In this document: positions 25,937 to 39,211 of the stretch, in pieces
Position numbering within the stretch: position 1 is the stretch's first letter
Layout of the letters: each line of letters starts with the position of its first letter
Program-made: the position numbers and the translations under genes
The notes under the pieces: generated by a model
Seen by the model: only the letters and a program-made list of their open reading frames with translations
Database searches by the model: none
Told to the model about the DNA's origin: nothing
Source: Trichosphaerium sp. ATCC 40318
Lineage: Eukaryota; Protista; Tubulinea
DNA: 64,000 bases
Direction: 5' to 3'
NCBI GenBank assembly: GCA_038496445.1
Contig: JALMLS010000220.1
Location: 62,001 to 126,000 of the forward strand

Positions 25937-26288
25937 TTATGTCTTTTTTGCATAATTGCTTTTTTTACACGTGTAATACGAGATTAGTCATTTGTGGTAG
26001 GCGCCAGGCTGTATCATTACCGCAGAAAAGAGAATGTCGGTTGATTCACAAATTTTCGCAATTCACTTTCTAGGCCATCACGTGATTTTGTTTTTTTTAC
26101 AAGAATTACTATTAGTTTTCTGCGAAAAGTTGCCAACTTTGCAAGCCAAGACGAAATAATAATTGTCACAGCATGCTGTAAACACTTTAGAATGTAAAGT
26201 ATTGTTTCCAAGAAGTACTCATAAGGCAGCACAAACAAATAAGTCCTACACATTGTCCAACCAATTACAAACATACAACTACTCAAGA

Positions 26289-26714
26289 ATGTCTAAGGAA
26301 TACGCAAAACGTTTTTTTGATACTGTATTGAGCAATATTGAAAGCCCTCACCTACTAGAAAACTCTAGACTCGCTCACCTACAAGAAAAGTCTAAACAAC
26401 AGCTAAATGAGCTCGTGGATCAATGGGACGCTAAAGTGAACGATCTGTACAAGCCAGAGAAGCACGCGGAGCTAGCAGAGGCCATGATAGTGTGTCAACT
26501 GGCTTTGGTGTCTCAGAAAAAGTTTGACTTTGTTGTTGGCATAGCTTGTAAGATTGTTTTGCTGGAACAAGACGGGTGGAAGGATTGTATCAACTCATCA
26601 AAATCAAGGCTTAGATTAATGAATTTAGCGACAGCATTGCTTGAGAATGAGCCTATTGAGAAAATAATGCAGCAACATTTTACAGTTGATGATTTAAGTG
26701 CTTACGGTTGGTAA
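26289..26714 (+). CDS. Intronless helical hypothetical protein
   Basis: Open frame from MSKEYAKRFF to stop with protein-like composition. AATAAA at about 26741. Confidence 0.6.
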   Translation: MSKEYAKRFFDTVLSNIESPHLLENSRLAHLQEKSKQQLNELVDQWDAKVNDLYKPEKHAELAEAMIVCQLALVSQKKFDFVVGIACKIVLLEQDGWKDCINSSKSRLRLMNLATALLENEPIEKIMQQHFTVDDLSAYGW

Positions 26715-27114
26715 CGCTAAACTTGCACTTGTAAGCAATCAATAAAATCTCCATTAGCCTACATCTAGCTGAATTTTGTAGTTTGTATGCCTGATTCAAC
26801 AATTATAGGCTTAAAGTTTTACTTGCACTTTGTGATCTTGCGTCCACTCAAAGAAGATAGTTTGAACGCAAAACAGCCACGTCCATCATACAGTTCGACA
26901 TAATTGAAAGTTAAAATGTACTCCGTGGCTTAAATGTTGTAAAGCTTTGTATATATTGTATACAACGTGATTAGTCATTCACTGCGGCAGTAGGTTGTTT
27001 GCTTCACTTGTAATAGCTATATCGTATTAGGAGGCAATAGTTTCAAATGCATCAAACAACTTGTAAACATAGGTGTGAACCTCATTTATTAGCGGAGATG
27101 TTGTTATGAAGTCT

Positions 27115-30100
27115 CTACAAAGGTACTTCTATGTCTTGCCCTTCCAATAATATAGTACGTTTTATTTCTTCAGAGCCAACACCTACTGTTATCACACGTC
27201 TTCCAGGAGGTACATGTCTTCGTCCAGAGACATCAACAACGCAAAATGGACAACCAGCTTCAAGTGAAGTAGAAAATTTGATTTCCTTGCTCTCACCTAC
27301 AGATAAGTGTATTTTTTCGAACCCATACAAAGATTTAATAGGTCCATTACCACCTAAAGACGGTTATCAGAATCATAAAGTATTAGATACGCGATAACAA
27401 TGAAAAGGAGGAAAAAGTCTTTCTGAGTTTTTTCTTACCATTTGATACAAAGGCTAATACTGCTTTTGAAGCAGCAAAAGGTCCGTGATTTGTAACAGTC
27501 ACAGTATTATCAACTTCAGTGCTTCCGTCAAGAACAGAGCCAATATCAAGGGAGCTATACATTTATAGTTATTACTGCAAGTTTTTTGAAAAAAACAACA
27601 TCGTTAAAAAAAATAAAGTAGTAGTCATCGTTCATTAACTAACCTCATTGTATCAGCTTTTGATTTCCATTTCAAAACGAAATTTGAATAACTCATACCA
27701 AATCCAAACTCCCAAAGTGGAGTTCCTTTATAAAAACGATACGTCCTACCCAAACCAACCATTAAAAACACGTGACAAAAAAACCCAAAAACAAAAGAAA
27801 AAAGCAAATCAATTCATACCTTCCAGGTCCAGCACGCATTGACATGTCGCTCATTTTAACTTGGTTGATATAATCTTCAGGGTACCTGAACGAGTCAAAA
27901 CATCAAAAGGAAGAAAAACAGGCCGTTCAAACACGGCTAAACAATGTTGACATACATTGTGTATGGTAAAACTCCTGAAGGTGAGTATTTTCCTGTTACA
28001 ACATCTGCAAGGGCACTACCGGCACTCTGTCCTCCTTCAAATACCTCTAGTATGGTATTTGAATTATTGTGTATCCAAGGAATACTCAAAGAGCCTCCAT
28101 TAACGAGTACAACACAAGTGTTGTTTGTAGCTGTCTCTATGCTCTCTACCAAGTCTTGTTGCGATCCAGGTAATCCTAACACCTTTCTATCACGTTCTAG
28201 ATATATATTTAGATTACAATAATGCCGTGGCGTAGTACTGACGTTCTCCTTCCTGACTGGAATCAATGCCGACAAAAATAAACGTGAAATCTGACCTAAA
28301 AAACACGTGTCAGCTTGATTTTTTTTGTTCTTGTTTCTTACTCCTTGGCAAGTTTTACTGCATCAGCAATACCCTTTTTATCCACTTGACTTTCTGGAAC
28401 TCCTTGTTGGTAAGTAACATCGAGACCAGCAGTTTTGAATCCTTCCAAGAAACTGACAATGTGTTCTAAAGAAATTAACATTGTTGTTTAGTGAAAATAT
28501 CTGAGCGTCATTACCAGGGCTATAGTCATTCTTAGCACCCATTAGATTCTTTGTGGTACTCGCAAAGGGACCAATTAAAGCGATCTTCATCTTTGATGCC
28601 GTTTTAAGAGGCAAATAGCCGTTTGAATTTCTCAACAATACAATGCTTTCACGTGCCGCCTTTTGAACAAAAAATGTTTAATTGCTTCTGTTTTTTTTGA
28701 TGTTATTAATCACGTACATCAAGGGCCAATGCCTTTGCAGCATCTGTACCAATCTGATCAACACCAATAGTGGTATATGGATTACTTTCAGGTGGATCAA
28801 AACCACCTGTTTTGAATCTTTGCAAAAAAATATGCTTCGCCGCAATTTTTAGTTCATCAGCCGTAATAAGCTTTTGTGATACAGCAGCCCCAAGATTTTT
28901 ACCGTAAGTATCACCACAATCCAGATCAGTACCATTTATCACTCCGCTAGCGGATGCATGAGCAGCACTCGCCGAGTACTTATGGCCTTCCCATGCGTCT
29001 AAAAAAAAGTATCATCAAAAAAATTATCCCTCGTTCTTTGACTTACCAGCTATCGCATCACAGTCACTAACAATAAGACCACCAAAACCCCACTGCTTTC
29101 TAAATAACCCATTTCCCAAATCACCACGTAGACAAGTCGGTATACCGTTTAATGAGTTATAACTGCACATGATTTGTGCTGGTTGAGCCTCAGTTATACA
29201 CGTCTTGAATGCTGAAAGACAAGAGTAAGAACCTATTTACTAAGTAAACACGTGAAATCGTACCTGGTAAGTAAGATTCGTTCAGATCCTGTTGGGACAC
29301 TATTGCATTGAAATTGTGTCTTGTGAATCCATCAGAATCTTCTAGTGAATATGCAACGCTATGCTTACAACAAGCAGCTACAGCAAGGTACTTGCTTCCT
29401 TTGTATTTATCTGGTCCTGTTTGAAATCCTTTAACCTTTTTTGTTACGTTAACTTTGTTTTTTGCTGTAAAGAAGCGTTGACACGTACAACATTCACTGA
29501 GTATTCGCCATTCAAATATGGATCTTCGCTGACACTTTCTTGTCCCCTACCCCACCTTGGATCTCTGATAAGGTTCATTGTAGGTCCCCTATAGTAAGGG
29601 TAAGTGAAGAAAAGGTAGTCAACTAAAATGTCCGCCACAAAATCTATCAACGCACCAGTAGAATAGTCCGCATCCTTTTCCAATTTTGAGACCTTGCAAA
29701 AAACGTTAAGTCTTAGTTATTTTCGTTTGCTGCTATCATTTTTGTTAATTTTTACCTTTTTCAGTGGCATAATTATTACACGCTCTGGCTTCTACTGCCA
29801 TTGTTTCACCCATTGCCAAAAAAAGTGTTTTGTTAAATGTGGCTGCCATTCCAGTCACCTAAACTACTTAACTCAAATATCACGTGTTTATAATACCTGG
29901 GGGAACAGCGTTGTATATTGGTGACATGCTTGGGTTGTCCTCAAACCTACAACAAACGAAAGAATAGAAAAAGGAAGTTCTGTTTTTGCGGTACCATGCA
30001 ATCCTTCGCTGTGAAACTGATAACCAGGTATAGACAACCGCGTTATATCGGGAGTACGACCATTTAAACCTCCTGTAGATATTTGACCAATAATTTCATC

Positions 30101-30385
30101 CACAGTAAGTCTAGAAACTGTGACAACAGATTTAGTATGAATACCCAAAAAAAAAAAAAAAAGCGAACACGTGATTACCCAAGTCGTTGGTGCGCTCCTC
30201 AAAAGACAAACTTAAATCGCAAAATGGAAAATTAGCTTGACAATTCGGATTGGCTCTATAATATGACGTCACAGGCAGATATTAAAACGAGATGGCGGTT
30301 TGATTGTTTAAAAAGTAACGTACGACCAAGAAATAGCTAAACAACATGCTAATACAACTAAAGGTACGAGTTGATATCTCGTCAT
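27115..30385 (-). CDS. Secreted glycoside hydrolase family 3 beta-xylosidase/arabinofuranosidase-like enzyme with a C-terminal Fn3-like domain
   Basis: Signal peptide. FCDLSLSFEERTNDLVSRLT, SEGLHG, RDPRWGRGQESVSEDP, ACCKH, MCSYNSLNGIPTC, nucleophile IVSDCDA, GTDLDCG, GRTYRFY, FGFGMSY. Confidence 0.93.
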
Positions 30386-30549
30386 TTTACAGTTGAGTGA
30401 GTTGGGTATTTGTGCCAGAATAACGTTGAAATTGTCACGTGAAAAAAACTGTTATTTCCAAGACAGCAAATTTGACTACCGTGATTGTGGCATAACGAAG
30501 TCAAGCTGTTTCTCCCATACTTCTTGTTCAAGCATAGATCGTATTTATA

Positions 30550-31371
30550 ATGCATAATGTACCCAAAGAGATATACAGTAAAGAGATTCTACAACTAATA
30601 AGCGTAGAAGACGTTATTTCTTTTATTAAGACTTGTAAACGAAACCTAGCTATTGTACAAGATGATACATTGTTTTGGACTAATTTCGTGAGCCATTCTT
30701 TGTGTTTCAAGAAAGATCAAAGTATTAGCCTTTGGATAGCTGATAGTGGTGTTGATATAAGTGGAACTGGTGAGCTATACAAGCAAGGTCTCGATATACC
30801 TCAGACATATCAAAACGAAGAAATGTGTTTTGACATCGCACGTTGTCATGTATTGGCTAAAAAATGGCAGAAAAGACTTGGATTTACTGCTGTTGAGAGT
30901 GAGTGTTATGCTTTTTTTATTAAGCCCTGTGAGGATGTTAATGCAATAGCTGAGTTTGTAGCTTTCCAATGTGATTGGTATTCATGTCTGATTACTGAAC
31001 CCATTGGAGAAGGTAGTCGTATTATAGATAAGGCATGCCGTGACAACAGTATTAAGCATGCTGAACCACAAATTTTGGTCAAGTCAGAGTTTGAGCATGT
31101 CATTACTTGTATCAAACGTGACTGCTGCGGTGATTTTTACAATGACGGTGTATATCGCAATGGTACTGACGGTGAACAAAAGAAAAAAGAGTGGTTTCTC
31201 AATCTTTCCCAAACAGTTTCTGACATTAAACTATTGACACGTGACTCACTCTTTAAAGAAACAATTGGTTACATCAATGAAGACAGTCTTGGTTTTTCTT
31301 GCTACTGGTTAGTTGGGTTAACTAAATCAGGTATACAGTGTGGTGTTTTATGCACTGAATGTCTATACTAA
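30550..31371 (+). CDS. Intronless F-box-like protein with a possible NuiA-like C-terminal domain
   Basis: N-terminus MHNVPKEIYSKEILQLISVEDVISFIKTCKR..DDTLFW fits an F-box. C-terminus YWLVGLTKSGIQCGVL resembles NuiA. Confidence 0.7.
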   Translation: MHNVPKEIYSKEILQLISVEDVISFIKTCKRNLAIVQDDTLFWTNFVSHSLCFKKDQSISLWIADSGVDISGTGELYKQGLDIPQTYQNEEMCFDIARCHVLAKKWQKRLGFTAVESECYAFFIKPCEDVNAIAEFVAFQCDWYSCLITEPIGEGSRIIDKACRDNSIKHAEPQILVKSEFEHVITCIKRDCCGDFYNDGVYRNGTDGEQKKKEWFLNLSQTVSDIKLLTRDSLFKETIGYINEDSLGFSCYWLVGLTKSGIQCGVLCTECLY

Positions 31372-31607
31372 CTGAAGCCAACACTAATTGTGATACTAAA
31401 AATGATTGGAGGTTATGTACAGACCAATAAAATCAAACTCAAAATTGAAACAAAAAAAAAAAACCAAACACTAATTTTGTATGATTCAAAATAAATAGAA
31501 TGCCTTATGGTGACGACAGTTGTAGTCCAATTAGTTGATGTTTTAGTTGAGTTGTTTTATTTATCAACGACTTTGCGTAGGTGAAGAATTTGTTTGGGGC
31601 TAAAGCG

Positions 31608-34600
31608 CTAATGATGTCTACTTCTCCGTCTTCCATCAGAATTATGTCCATCCGTTCTTCTGCTGTTGTTTCTGCGCTCATGCCTCCAGTTTTGAGGATC
31701 TCTGTGAAAGCGTCTGTTATCATATCTGTATGGGTGATAACTCCGGCTATGTTGTGGTTTATCTCGTGGATGTTTACGCCTTCTGGAGGTTTCACGATCA
31801 CTGCTTCTTGAACGATCATTTCTTGAGATTTGCTGACCACGTCTTCCCTGGTGATACCTACTAATTTATGATTAGAGTTTGGTGGATTGGGTCATCACCT
31901 TCTATCGTAATCATGATCACGATCACTATGTCTTCTACCAGAATGAGGATTTTTATCTACACGTGCTTTCTTATTGACATCATCTCTTGTGTCACTAACA
32001 CCTTGTGGCAACCCTCGTTTTTTGTTCACAATGACCATTTCATATGCTGCTCCATCCTGGACGTCATGGAAGCTCCTCACTACTCCCCCATTACTATCAG
32101 TTAGCCTAATTCGCTGGATCACATCAAACGCATCAGCAACTATTCATTTTAGCCAATTAGCATTAGGTGTAAACTTACCTTCATCTACCAAAGATTTGTT
32201 TGAAGTAACATTTATCCTTTGTACTCTAGAGTTTAATTTGGATTCGTTGGGCTTTCCAAAAGTTACTTTAATTGTTTTTAAGCCATCATCAAGCCAGTAT
32301 GTTTGTCCATCTACCATCTTAGAAATATGGCCAATTATTGTCTTGTTTACATCTAGGAGGGTGCAAGATGTGGGATTCTTCAACTTGAACGCTTCAGCAA
32401 CTAAAATTAAAGTTAGCAATAAGGAGTAAAGTGAAACTTAACAATGTTACCTGTTACAACAGGTGCCGTGTTTGGCTCAATATTCACTTTTTGGCTATCA
32501 TTTCTGTAGTTAACCACAATACACTTGACGCCATCATCAATCCAGTATTTCTGACCTTCAAGTATCTGCAAGTATTGTACAATGTGGTTTTTGCACTCAG
32601 AGTTGGCAGCTTTTATATTGAAACTTAATACGTCCAGCCCAAACTGTTCAGAAACTAAATTGTACATAAGCAAAGCTTACTACTGTATTATTACATACCT
32701 TCCTCAAGAATTAGCGCTGATTCTTGGATTTTTATGACTTTAGTTATGCTTCTATGTGTGATTGTCATCCATTTAAAACTACCATCAATGGAATTACCAA
32801 AGTTTAGCTTTTGATACATGTCTTTAGCTACAACAATCTATAAGCATGATTCCACACTTGGTCAAGTCTTACCATTAATTATACGACAACCTTCAATAAG
32901 ACCGTAAGGGTCCTTACATACACCTTTAGTATCACCAAATAAAACCGCTCCCAATTTGTCAAGAGACTCAAAGTGGTTTTCAGGAATACCGTGTCGGTAT
33001 GTTTGCCTGAAGCATAAAGTGTTAAACTCTTCAATATCTTCTTTCTCAATTAGGTAGGAGACAACAGGAACTGGCAATTTTGGATAAAAGTAACTGGTTT
33101 CTTTCTTTTTCTTCTCTACCAGCGTCATGGGCACTATAGCAAGTAATTTCTGAAGAGTGAAGTGATCACCATTGGAAGCACCATGCACGTTGATCTCAAA
33201 CCGTTGGTGTAGAGCCGCTGCCAAGGTTGATGCAGCGGCAATGGGTAGATTGTAATGAGCAGCAATAGCTGTTTTGAGAAATGCTTTGAAGGCTGTATCA
33301 TATGCTGGAAGATTACTTGGAGGAAGAATGTTTTCTATTTCCTTATGTCTTTCGAAAGACTGGGTAGATTCTCTTTGGCACCATTCCAGCTGCCTAAGTA
33401 GATAAGATAGATACTAATTTACAATCACATACTGTTGTAAAGAATCTTGAGTTATCACAGTTTCTTCCTTACTTTAGAGCATTAGAACTTAAAGACAATA
33501 AACGTGGCTATGTACGTAGCAGTAAAATGTTCCTTTGCCTTGGTTAATATTTCCCTGTATTGTTAGTGAGTATTATATTGCAATTGGATACTTACCTGAA
33601 TACTCCTTGGATGTATCTTGGATATCCTGCGTGATAATCCACAATACCTTCTGCAAACTTTGATTTGACATTGTCATTTTCAAACCTGAGATGCTGTTTA
33701 TACTATGTTCAGCCTTATTGATAATATCTATCATAACCTCTTTCGTAAACGTCTAAACAAAGAACATCAGATTAGAGATGAACATCAAAAATACACGTGT
33801 ACCTTTAATAGTAAAGGAACGATGGATGTTATTGAAATGTTTGTTCTAAAAGCTGACTTGGTGCTGTCGTCATTACCAATATCCATGAAGATAGGGTTGT
33901 GACCAGCCAATAGAAAGTGAATCTTACAACATGGTATTTTTCTCACACAATCATACAAGTTTTGCCAAATCCACTGCATAAAGATTCTAAACTGTCTGAG
34001 CTATATCACGGTTAGCCTTTACACTACCAATATGTCTTAATGTACACTATGATCATTAAACCTGTTTGTCGGGCTTATCTCATCAACAAAGAGAATCAAT
34101 GGATGGTAAAGACGTCGTTTTGACATTTGTTCATGATAGCCTTTTACCACATCCAAAAACGACATTATTTTCCCATCCAACTGCGTTTCAATTTCTACAC
34201 GCAGGTATTAGGTTTGGAGTTTATTGGCTGAGCAAAAAAAAAGCGTACCTATGTCACGTGATAGAAGGATCCTACGTGAAAATCTTTCAACAAAATATTT
34301 ATTTGCAGCCTCCTCGTCAAAATCTTGTAGTACCGGTTTACAAAACCTTGCGTCAAAATAGACGTAATCCGCTCCCACAAACTCTTTTACATATTCCTTC
34401 AACGAGGTTGGCACATGACTTTGAAAAGAGTCTGACATCATAGTAGCATGCATGTGATGCATAAATGTTGACTTCCCTGAGCGTTATTAAGAAAATAATT
34501 AAGTGAACTGTTGTTCTCTGTCAATGTCAAGTGTTCGTACCACAGCCAAAGTATAGACCCATTATTGGAGTACAGTACATCTGTGACGCTTGGTCCTCCG

Positions 34601-34956
34601 TTTTGTATGTTTGTCTCATAGCTATATCATTGTTTCGAAATATGTGTAGCAACTGTACGTATACATCATAATTGAGCTCTGCTTTGATAACATTTAAAAT
34701 TAGCATTGTATCAAGATGCTCTATCAAATCATCAAGGTCTGCAGCTACACTCTTGTTTGTTGCGTAAACACGCGTCCATAGGCGAACTTCGGCTTCAGTC
34801 AACTCCTTAATCACTTCTGAGCGAAATCCTATTGGACACTAATTAAACTATGAAAGCCATATATTAAGCAAACAAAGAAGTAAGCGTTGTCTACGAAGGT
34901 ATGCAAGGCTTTTTTTACGTATGCGCCGTTTGAAATACAGATGGCGTACTTTTCAT
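31608..34956 (-). CDS. STAND/AAA-like P-loop NTPase with three C-terminal ubiquitin-like (KHA/DCX-like) repeats and an Arg/Ser/Asp/His-rich tail
   Basis: Spliced Walker A MGLYFGCGKST, Walker B LILFVDEI, FLLAGHNP, HAGYPR (GxP). Repeats end in QKYWIDDG, QTYWLDDG and AAYEMV. Confidence 0.7.
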
Positions 34957-35519
34957 TGTTACTGTTTACAGACGCGTTTCTAGTACAGATGTTGTAAGAA
35001 GAGAGTACCAAACACCCCTAGATCATTTTCGAACAATCAATCAACGTTTTTTAAAAGAATGATACATGGACTTCATTTGGAGTAACCGCAACGTACTAAG
35101 TGTAAAGACAAGAGAGGTGAAATATAGAGCTACTCAAGGCTGAATGAGAAGAATAGTTGCAAGCCAGTTGTGATGTTATAAATTATAGAGCAATTTTGCC
35201 TTAATCACTTAAGGTAGGTTTCTATTTCAGGCTTCTACCGCTTTATCAGCAACAAAAGGTAGCATCTTAGAAAGTGAGGCAAACGTTTTTGTCAATTACC
35301 CCAAGCGTATGTAGGCTAATGGTGAATAACACAATATCACGTGCCTATATACAGTCTAATAAATTCGTTCTTTGTCATGCCTTCGAATGTGTTTAATGTT
35401 TCCTCAATAGACACTAATTCAATCAAACTCCAAATTGATTGTTGCTTCAGTCAACTTTCTTTATTTGTTTCGTTTGTTCACTATCAATAACATACAATAA
35501 AAACTGCCTCAAAAACGTT

Positions 35520-38500
35520 ATGGGATTAACAACAATACTTAAAAGTTGTTTAATTAACTACAGCAGGCTTCTTCAATGTTACAGTTGCACAAAAAGATAC
35601 GATATTAACTATTACTTGATTGATCGTTTTAAGATTTATTCTTGACGATAAGCTACAGCAATAGGTGCATGCATAGAGTCTGAAGACACTGGAATCTCAA
35701 TTGTACTTGATGAGAAACCGGCAGCGCTTGCTTTTAGAACAATATTCACAAGATCTGCGTTTGTATCAGTAACAACCTTTGTAAGAATACCTCCATCAAC
35801 ATCAATTTCTTTCTGACGCTGTCTGTCATGTGTTGCATGGTTTTCAGTGACTTGAACAATAGCACGAGCAAGACCATGGTATGTGGTTCTTGTCTTTGCT
35901 TTGTTTCTTTCATGTGATCCTGAATCACCATTACCAACGCCAATAACAACGCCAGGTCCTGATATTACTGAAAACGTAATAGATACACTGCTGGCAGTAC
36001 ATAGACGTCCCTATGTGTTCAAATTGAGTTAGTAAAGTAAGAAAGCATAAAGTGTCTGTTGAAAGAAAAAAGAAGTGTACCTCAGCGTCTAGTATTGATG
36101 CTCTTACAAGCGCAACATCTTGTCCATTTGCGTAAAGTGATGTTCCTGTTCCAGTTGAAGCAGATGGAGCATCCAGAGATAACTTTATAGATACTGGAGC
36201 ACCTGGTGTTTCAAGAGTGTGTTCAGCGACTTGTTGGCCATCGGCATTGTATCCAACTGCTTTAAGTGTTCCTGGTTCAAACTTTATGTTATCCCATTGT
36301 GTCCAGTTCGCCCAACCCATTTCTCTGATACCAAGACTCTTGCCATTGAGGAACAACTCATTCTTTGGGGTATTACTGAAGACTGTAATGGCAGGTGGCT
36401 CAACTTTTCCATCCCATACTTGTTGTATTTCGATCTTATCACAAGAAGGAAAGTCAGGACGACCATAATCGGATTCAGTGATATTACATAGCCACCAAGA
36501 TTGATACCTAACATAAAAAGATAAGTAAGTTGACAAGATTGCAATCACAAAAAATGTTGAGTGACAGCTTTTTTTGATAAAAGTACACGTGATTGCAACG
36601 TTACGTTTCAAAAAAGAAAAGAGAAGGTACCATGATACTGCGCTTTTTGCAAATCCAGCCAAATCAAAAATACCATAGTTACAAGATACTTGCGGCCAAC
36701 CATGAGGTGTAGGCTCTCCAATATAATCAAATAAAGTCCAAACACCCAAAGTACCAGCCATGTATTCTTTTATTTTTCCTGTTTTTGTATCATATGCTTG
36801 AGGCCACGACTGAGAGCATCTACCATGTTGACCTATCGAACATAGCCACCAAGACAGACAACCTCCATCGAAGCTACTACTGAAAGCACCGGCACTGGCA
36901 TTAACGATATTTTCACCACGCTGGATCGGACAAGAAGAAGACTCAGATGAAACAAGTGGAACGTTTGGATTTTCTGAATGAAATGTATCAAAGTTATGAG
37001 TGAAATGGCTGAATCCTTGTACATCAAGACTCTTCGACAAGTCTGAACTACTTCCACCATTCATGTTTGCCGATACTGGTCTCATCTTGTCATATTTTTT
37101 AACTTGTAAAACATGTTAGCTGGTGATAATATTTATGTAAAGCAAAATAATATTAGTGTACCTGCTTCTCTAAATGCTTGTCCTTTTGAGGCATCCAACT
37201 GAAAACATTCGACCTCGTTACAAAATGACCAAATAACGACTGCAGGATGGTTTCTATCTCTCATAACCAGATCAGACATGTGATCAACTACAAAAACGAA
37301 GCATTAGAAATCAAAAATAGAGATAGAAATTTAGTTCCTTATCGATTACGAGAGCAATTATTCACAAGAAAAATCTCACCTTGGTACGTATTGAAATCCC
37401 TGTTTTCATCCCAACACATAATACCCAAACTATCGAGTATATCATAAGTAGCAGGATCACCAGGATTGTGGCTCATTCTCCAAGAATTACCACCAACACG
37501 ACGTAACATCTGACCTCTGTACAAATTGATACGCTCTTGGACAGCAGCTCCAACTCCCGCAAAATCATTGTGATCAGAGAATCCTCTAAAGATAGTCCGT
37601 TTCTCGTTCAGGAAGAATCCATGATCAGCGTCCCATCTTGTAGATCTAAATCCAAGTGTTGTAGAATCATTATCTAATGAAGTACCGATACTATCGAGAA
37701 CACTGACTTCAAAGCGATAAAGATATGTTTTTTTGATGGACCAAAGATGAGGTGAAGAAAAGTCCATGTTGGTTGTTACTGTTGTCGTTCCACTCACTGG
37801 TAAACTTACGTTTACTGTCGAAGATTTGATGTGAGCGCCCGTATCATCCATGAGAGTAAATACAACATGTACTGGAGTCTGAGATGTCTTAGTATTTTGA
37901 AGTACAACTTCTGGATTCATCGTCACAGAAGAGAGGTCTTGGGACATTGTGTATGGTACATACAGAGAATATGGATTTATGAATACATCTTCAGTACGTG
38001 TTAACCACACATGACGATATAATCCACCACCCTCGTACCTGAATAGACGAAGTAAGTACGATAAAAAATACTACACAAAAGAAAATTTGAAAGAATACCA
38101 ATGACCACTCCCGAAAGATGCGTCAGTACGAATAGCAATGACGTTTGTGATTTTAGGATCCAGATACATATCAATACGATCAATAGGACTTGTGTATCCT
38201 GAAGTATGTTCTGCCACAAACTTTCCATTTATCCACACCTCCGTGATGTGAAAAGCGCCATCGAAAGTGATAAAAATACGAGAATTGCCTTGTCACGTGA
38301 TGAGAAATAAACATGACTACTCATTTTATTTTATAGATTCGTACCTCCTGACCATGCTTCAGGTACTTTGAAGTGCTTTCTATACCATCCAACACCGCGT
38401 GGAAGGTATCCATGGCCTTTTTCGGCACTCTGAGAAAACTCTCCATGTATCACAAAGTCGTGAGGAACATCAATAACATCCCACTTGCTGTCATCGAAAT

Positions 38501-39211
38501 TTGCTGAAGAGAATGGGTATGTCATTTTTGGCGGTACAACACGTTGACCACCATGATCTTTTCCACCGCTTTTGCACGTTACATCGCTACCTCCTAAGAA
38601 GCATCTGTTCCCCTCTAAGTGTTGTCAAGAAACAAAGAAAAGTAAACAGAAAAATCATAACACTTGTAATTGAGGTTACTGGCGATGGTTTTCGCTCTAG
38701 TTTTGTCTTGTAAACATAACGTACGCATGTACCATGTTGTACAATCAGGATAATAAGCCCCAGAGCAACATGCAAGCTGGCAATCGATGACATCGTGAAC
38801 CGGTGCGTAGGAAACATTACCCGTACACGTGACTTTGGTCAAAGGCTTGTTGAATGAACAATTTGGTTTGGCGTTTGTATCATCTCCCAAATGAAAACGC
38901 CAACCGAAATCAAACGACACGCGCTCACGTGGGGATCCACATGCGCTTAAAGAACATAAACACAGCAGTATTAAAACCGCAATTGACAATCTCTTCATTT
39001 AAACCCTAGAATACCATTTAGACGCCAAACAACGCTAAATAGAAGAGAAAAAAAAAGAACAACCAGCTAACAAATGCGGAAAAGGTTCTGTTTTTTCGAA
39101 GCGAATACGACGTTAAAGTTCAAATAAGCCTACCAACCAAACAAAGACGCACGTGCTTATGTTTCGATCAAGCAAAGGTATAATTACTCCGTCAATAACA
39201 GTCACATTTTC
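35520..39211 (-). repeat. Left arm of an approximately 3.7-kb inverted segmental duplication (partner 53465-57232)
   Basis: Near-identical exons, UTRs and upstream motifs in reverse complement. Confidence 0.95.
35636..38998 (-). CDS. Secreted GH2 beta-galactosidase-like enzyme, copy A
   Basis: Signal peptide, SFDFGWRF, DVPHDF, GVGWYRKHF, WYEGGGLYRHVWL, GFFLN, HNDFAGVGAA, RMSHNP, RDRNHPAVVIWSFCNE (acid/base), LVSSES (nucleophile), WTLFDYIGEP. Confidence 0.93.

Noticed and set aside
33588-33598. ATACTTACCTG resembling the U1 snRNA 5' end
   Set aside because: It is the reverse complement of a CAG/GTAAGTAT donor of the minus-strand NTPase gene, and no U1 body follows.
36217-36544. Overlapping or antisense ORFs in the six-frame track (here and e.g. 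12566-12964, 31974-32429, 56187-56482)
   Set aside because: Shadows of real coding exons on the other strand or frame, with no independent motifs.
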